A stretch of DNA of 64,000 nucleotides from positions 31,436,001 through 31,500,000 of the forward strand of contig NW_024704743.1 in assembly GCF_018977255.1 (NCBI RefSeq), given 5' to 3'. A program made the translations under genes and the position numbers. Shown in pieces: positions 62,456 through 64,000 of this stretch (positions are counted from its first letter, which is position 1; every line of letters begins with the position of its first letter). The notes below the pieces were generated by a model. That model saw only the letters and a program-made list of their open reading frames with translations. It had not been told where the DNA came from and ran no database searches. Source of the DNA: Callorhinchus milii. Lineage: Eukaryota.

Positions 62456-63598
62456 TTTAGTGCTCAGAGAACATTTGTATCTTCATTCAAGTCACATGGT
62501 TTCTCACATCTTTCACACGCCCACAAGATTTAGAGAGCTCAAATATTAATCTTTTAGGCTTTACAAAATTTGGGGGAGGGAAATTCCACCAGGATCCAGA
62601 TTTACTCATCTTACTCATCATTTATCATCTTTACCAATTTCTAAAGAATGTACAGCACTGAAAAGGCTAGTTGGCCCAACTAGTCTATGATGGTGTTTAT
62701 TACTCAAAAGAGTCAAGGTTATTTTATTTTATGCATTCTGCCTCCATTGAATTTGATCTTAACTTTAAAGCCATTTTTTAAAAATATGTTTAAATAACTT
62801 CCAGATAAATCAGCTTCAAAATTTAACATGTATTTAAGAATTTGTTAAATTCTGAATGCTCTGAAATATAATAATAATCTTTACATTGGTCGTACCACCT
62901 ATCACATTGTCAAAACATCTCAAAAGCACTTCACAGGATTTACTGTAAAGTGTAGTGACTATTTTGTAGGTGAATGCGAAAGGCAATTTGTACACAGCGT
63001 TGCACTGCTCTATAATCGAGACCATTGGTGGAATTTCTACCCAATTCAATGGAGCTGTGACCTAATACTGCTTAGGAAGGTTTTGCTTCACTGTGGAGTG
63101 AAAAGTGCTTGAAGATAGCAGGTGACCTGATACGTCAGGAGCAGGGTGAAAGCAGCCACATAAAAATAAAGTCCAATATCAATGCAAGAAATCCTTTTTT
63201 TTCTGTTCTGGTTCACAGTAAAGGTTCACAACAAAGTAGCATGCTAAGCATCACATAAATAGACAACTCGAGATGAACTACAATTCCTCCCAATTCCTCC
63301 CAGTTCCTCGACGTGTCACTGGTAGTGTTCATGGTGGTGATGGGGGCGAGGGGGAAGAGAGAGGAAAGAATCGAATTGGTATTTCCTGATCCTACTCCAC
63401 AGATCCTAGCAGTAAAATGCTCATTGTGCAGACATGCACCTCAGTGCTTCTCCAATGCAGTTGTGTTGACTGGCATCTTGAACATTTGGATTGTTTCCAC
63501 TCTCATGAACTTACAATTGCATATCTAGATATTCTGTTTTTAATGCTTGAGTAGACAATCATCAATAAGGGCTATTTGCTTCCCTTTTTCTCTTTTAG

Positions 63599-63702
63599 CC
63601 GATGCGATCAACAATGCTGCTGGCTATGGTTTCAATGGGATTGATGAAAATGGCAACTTTCGCTGGGACTTGATCTCAAACTTAAACATTTGGAATATTG
63701 AG
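63599..63702 (+). CDS. MBOAT1: MBOAT1 coding exon 9: DAINNAAGYGFNGIDENGNFRWDLISNLNIWNIE (gene continues beyond window)
   Basis: cttttag|CC GAT...ATT GAG|gtgagt; 104 nt; cumulative CDS 1002 nt, in frame. Confidence 0.97.
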
Positions 63703-64000
63703 GTGAGTGTTATAGTGTGCAAATGTGGTCTAAGATCCCTGCATAAACTGTACACTGTGTAAATCAGTTGCGAAAGACTGCGCCATGTTAGTTGAAACCA
63801 AACCATCTAAATGCAATCCCTAAATATTAATGTACATAGGAAAGAGCAGGGGCTGGGATTCCTTCAAACTTTACCAGTTGAGTTGATTCTTCTATTTGCT
63901 GCTGTAGTTGCACCTCTACAGTTGCAATCTGATAAACGGAGGGCTTCGTCAGACAGAGAAGGATTAAATCTTGATACATTAAAGGATTATAAAATTGCAA

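Noticed and set aside
34853..63702. Assignment to MBOAT2 instead of MBOAT1
   Set aside because: GIYFVIFCFGW, KLLEINWKKKG and NLNIW, plus adjacency to E2F3, fit MBOAT1.

Overview
Vertebrate nuclear DNA, most likely a cartilaginous fish (inferred from Deu-domain/SacSINE1-like SINEs and L2/CR1 content; a chimaera is plausible but unproven). Two genes lie head-to-head, as in tetrapods. E2F3 is on the minus strand: exon 2 at 897-1008 is clear, and the probable E2F3a first coding exon at 15172-15373 sits in a CpG island and needs a 1-nt correction in a poly-G run. MBOAT1 is on the plus strand: nine coding exons from 30992 to 63702, all GT-AG and phase-consistent, 334 codons, continuing past the window. 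Much of the rest is decayed L2 and CR1 LINEs and several tRNA-headed SINE families, often nested. The most unusual items are a ~1.3-kb TTAGGG-containing G-rich minisatellite fused to a ~1.3-kb GTGAGT-rich satellite ending 29 nt before the acceptor of the MBOAT1 ATG exon, a structurally covarying SINE/L2 3' stem-loop with an apparent tail swap, and a local inverted duplication of a CR1 fragment. I found no evidence for a new protein-coding system. Family names and human comparisons are from recall, not from a database search, and repeat boundaries are approximate.
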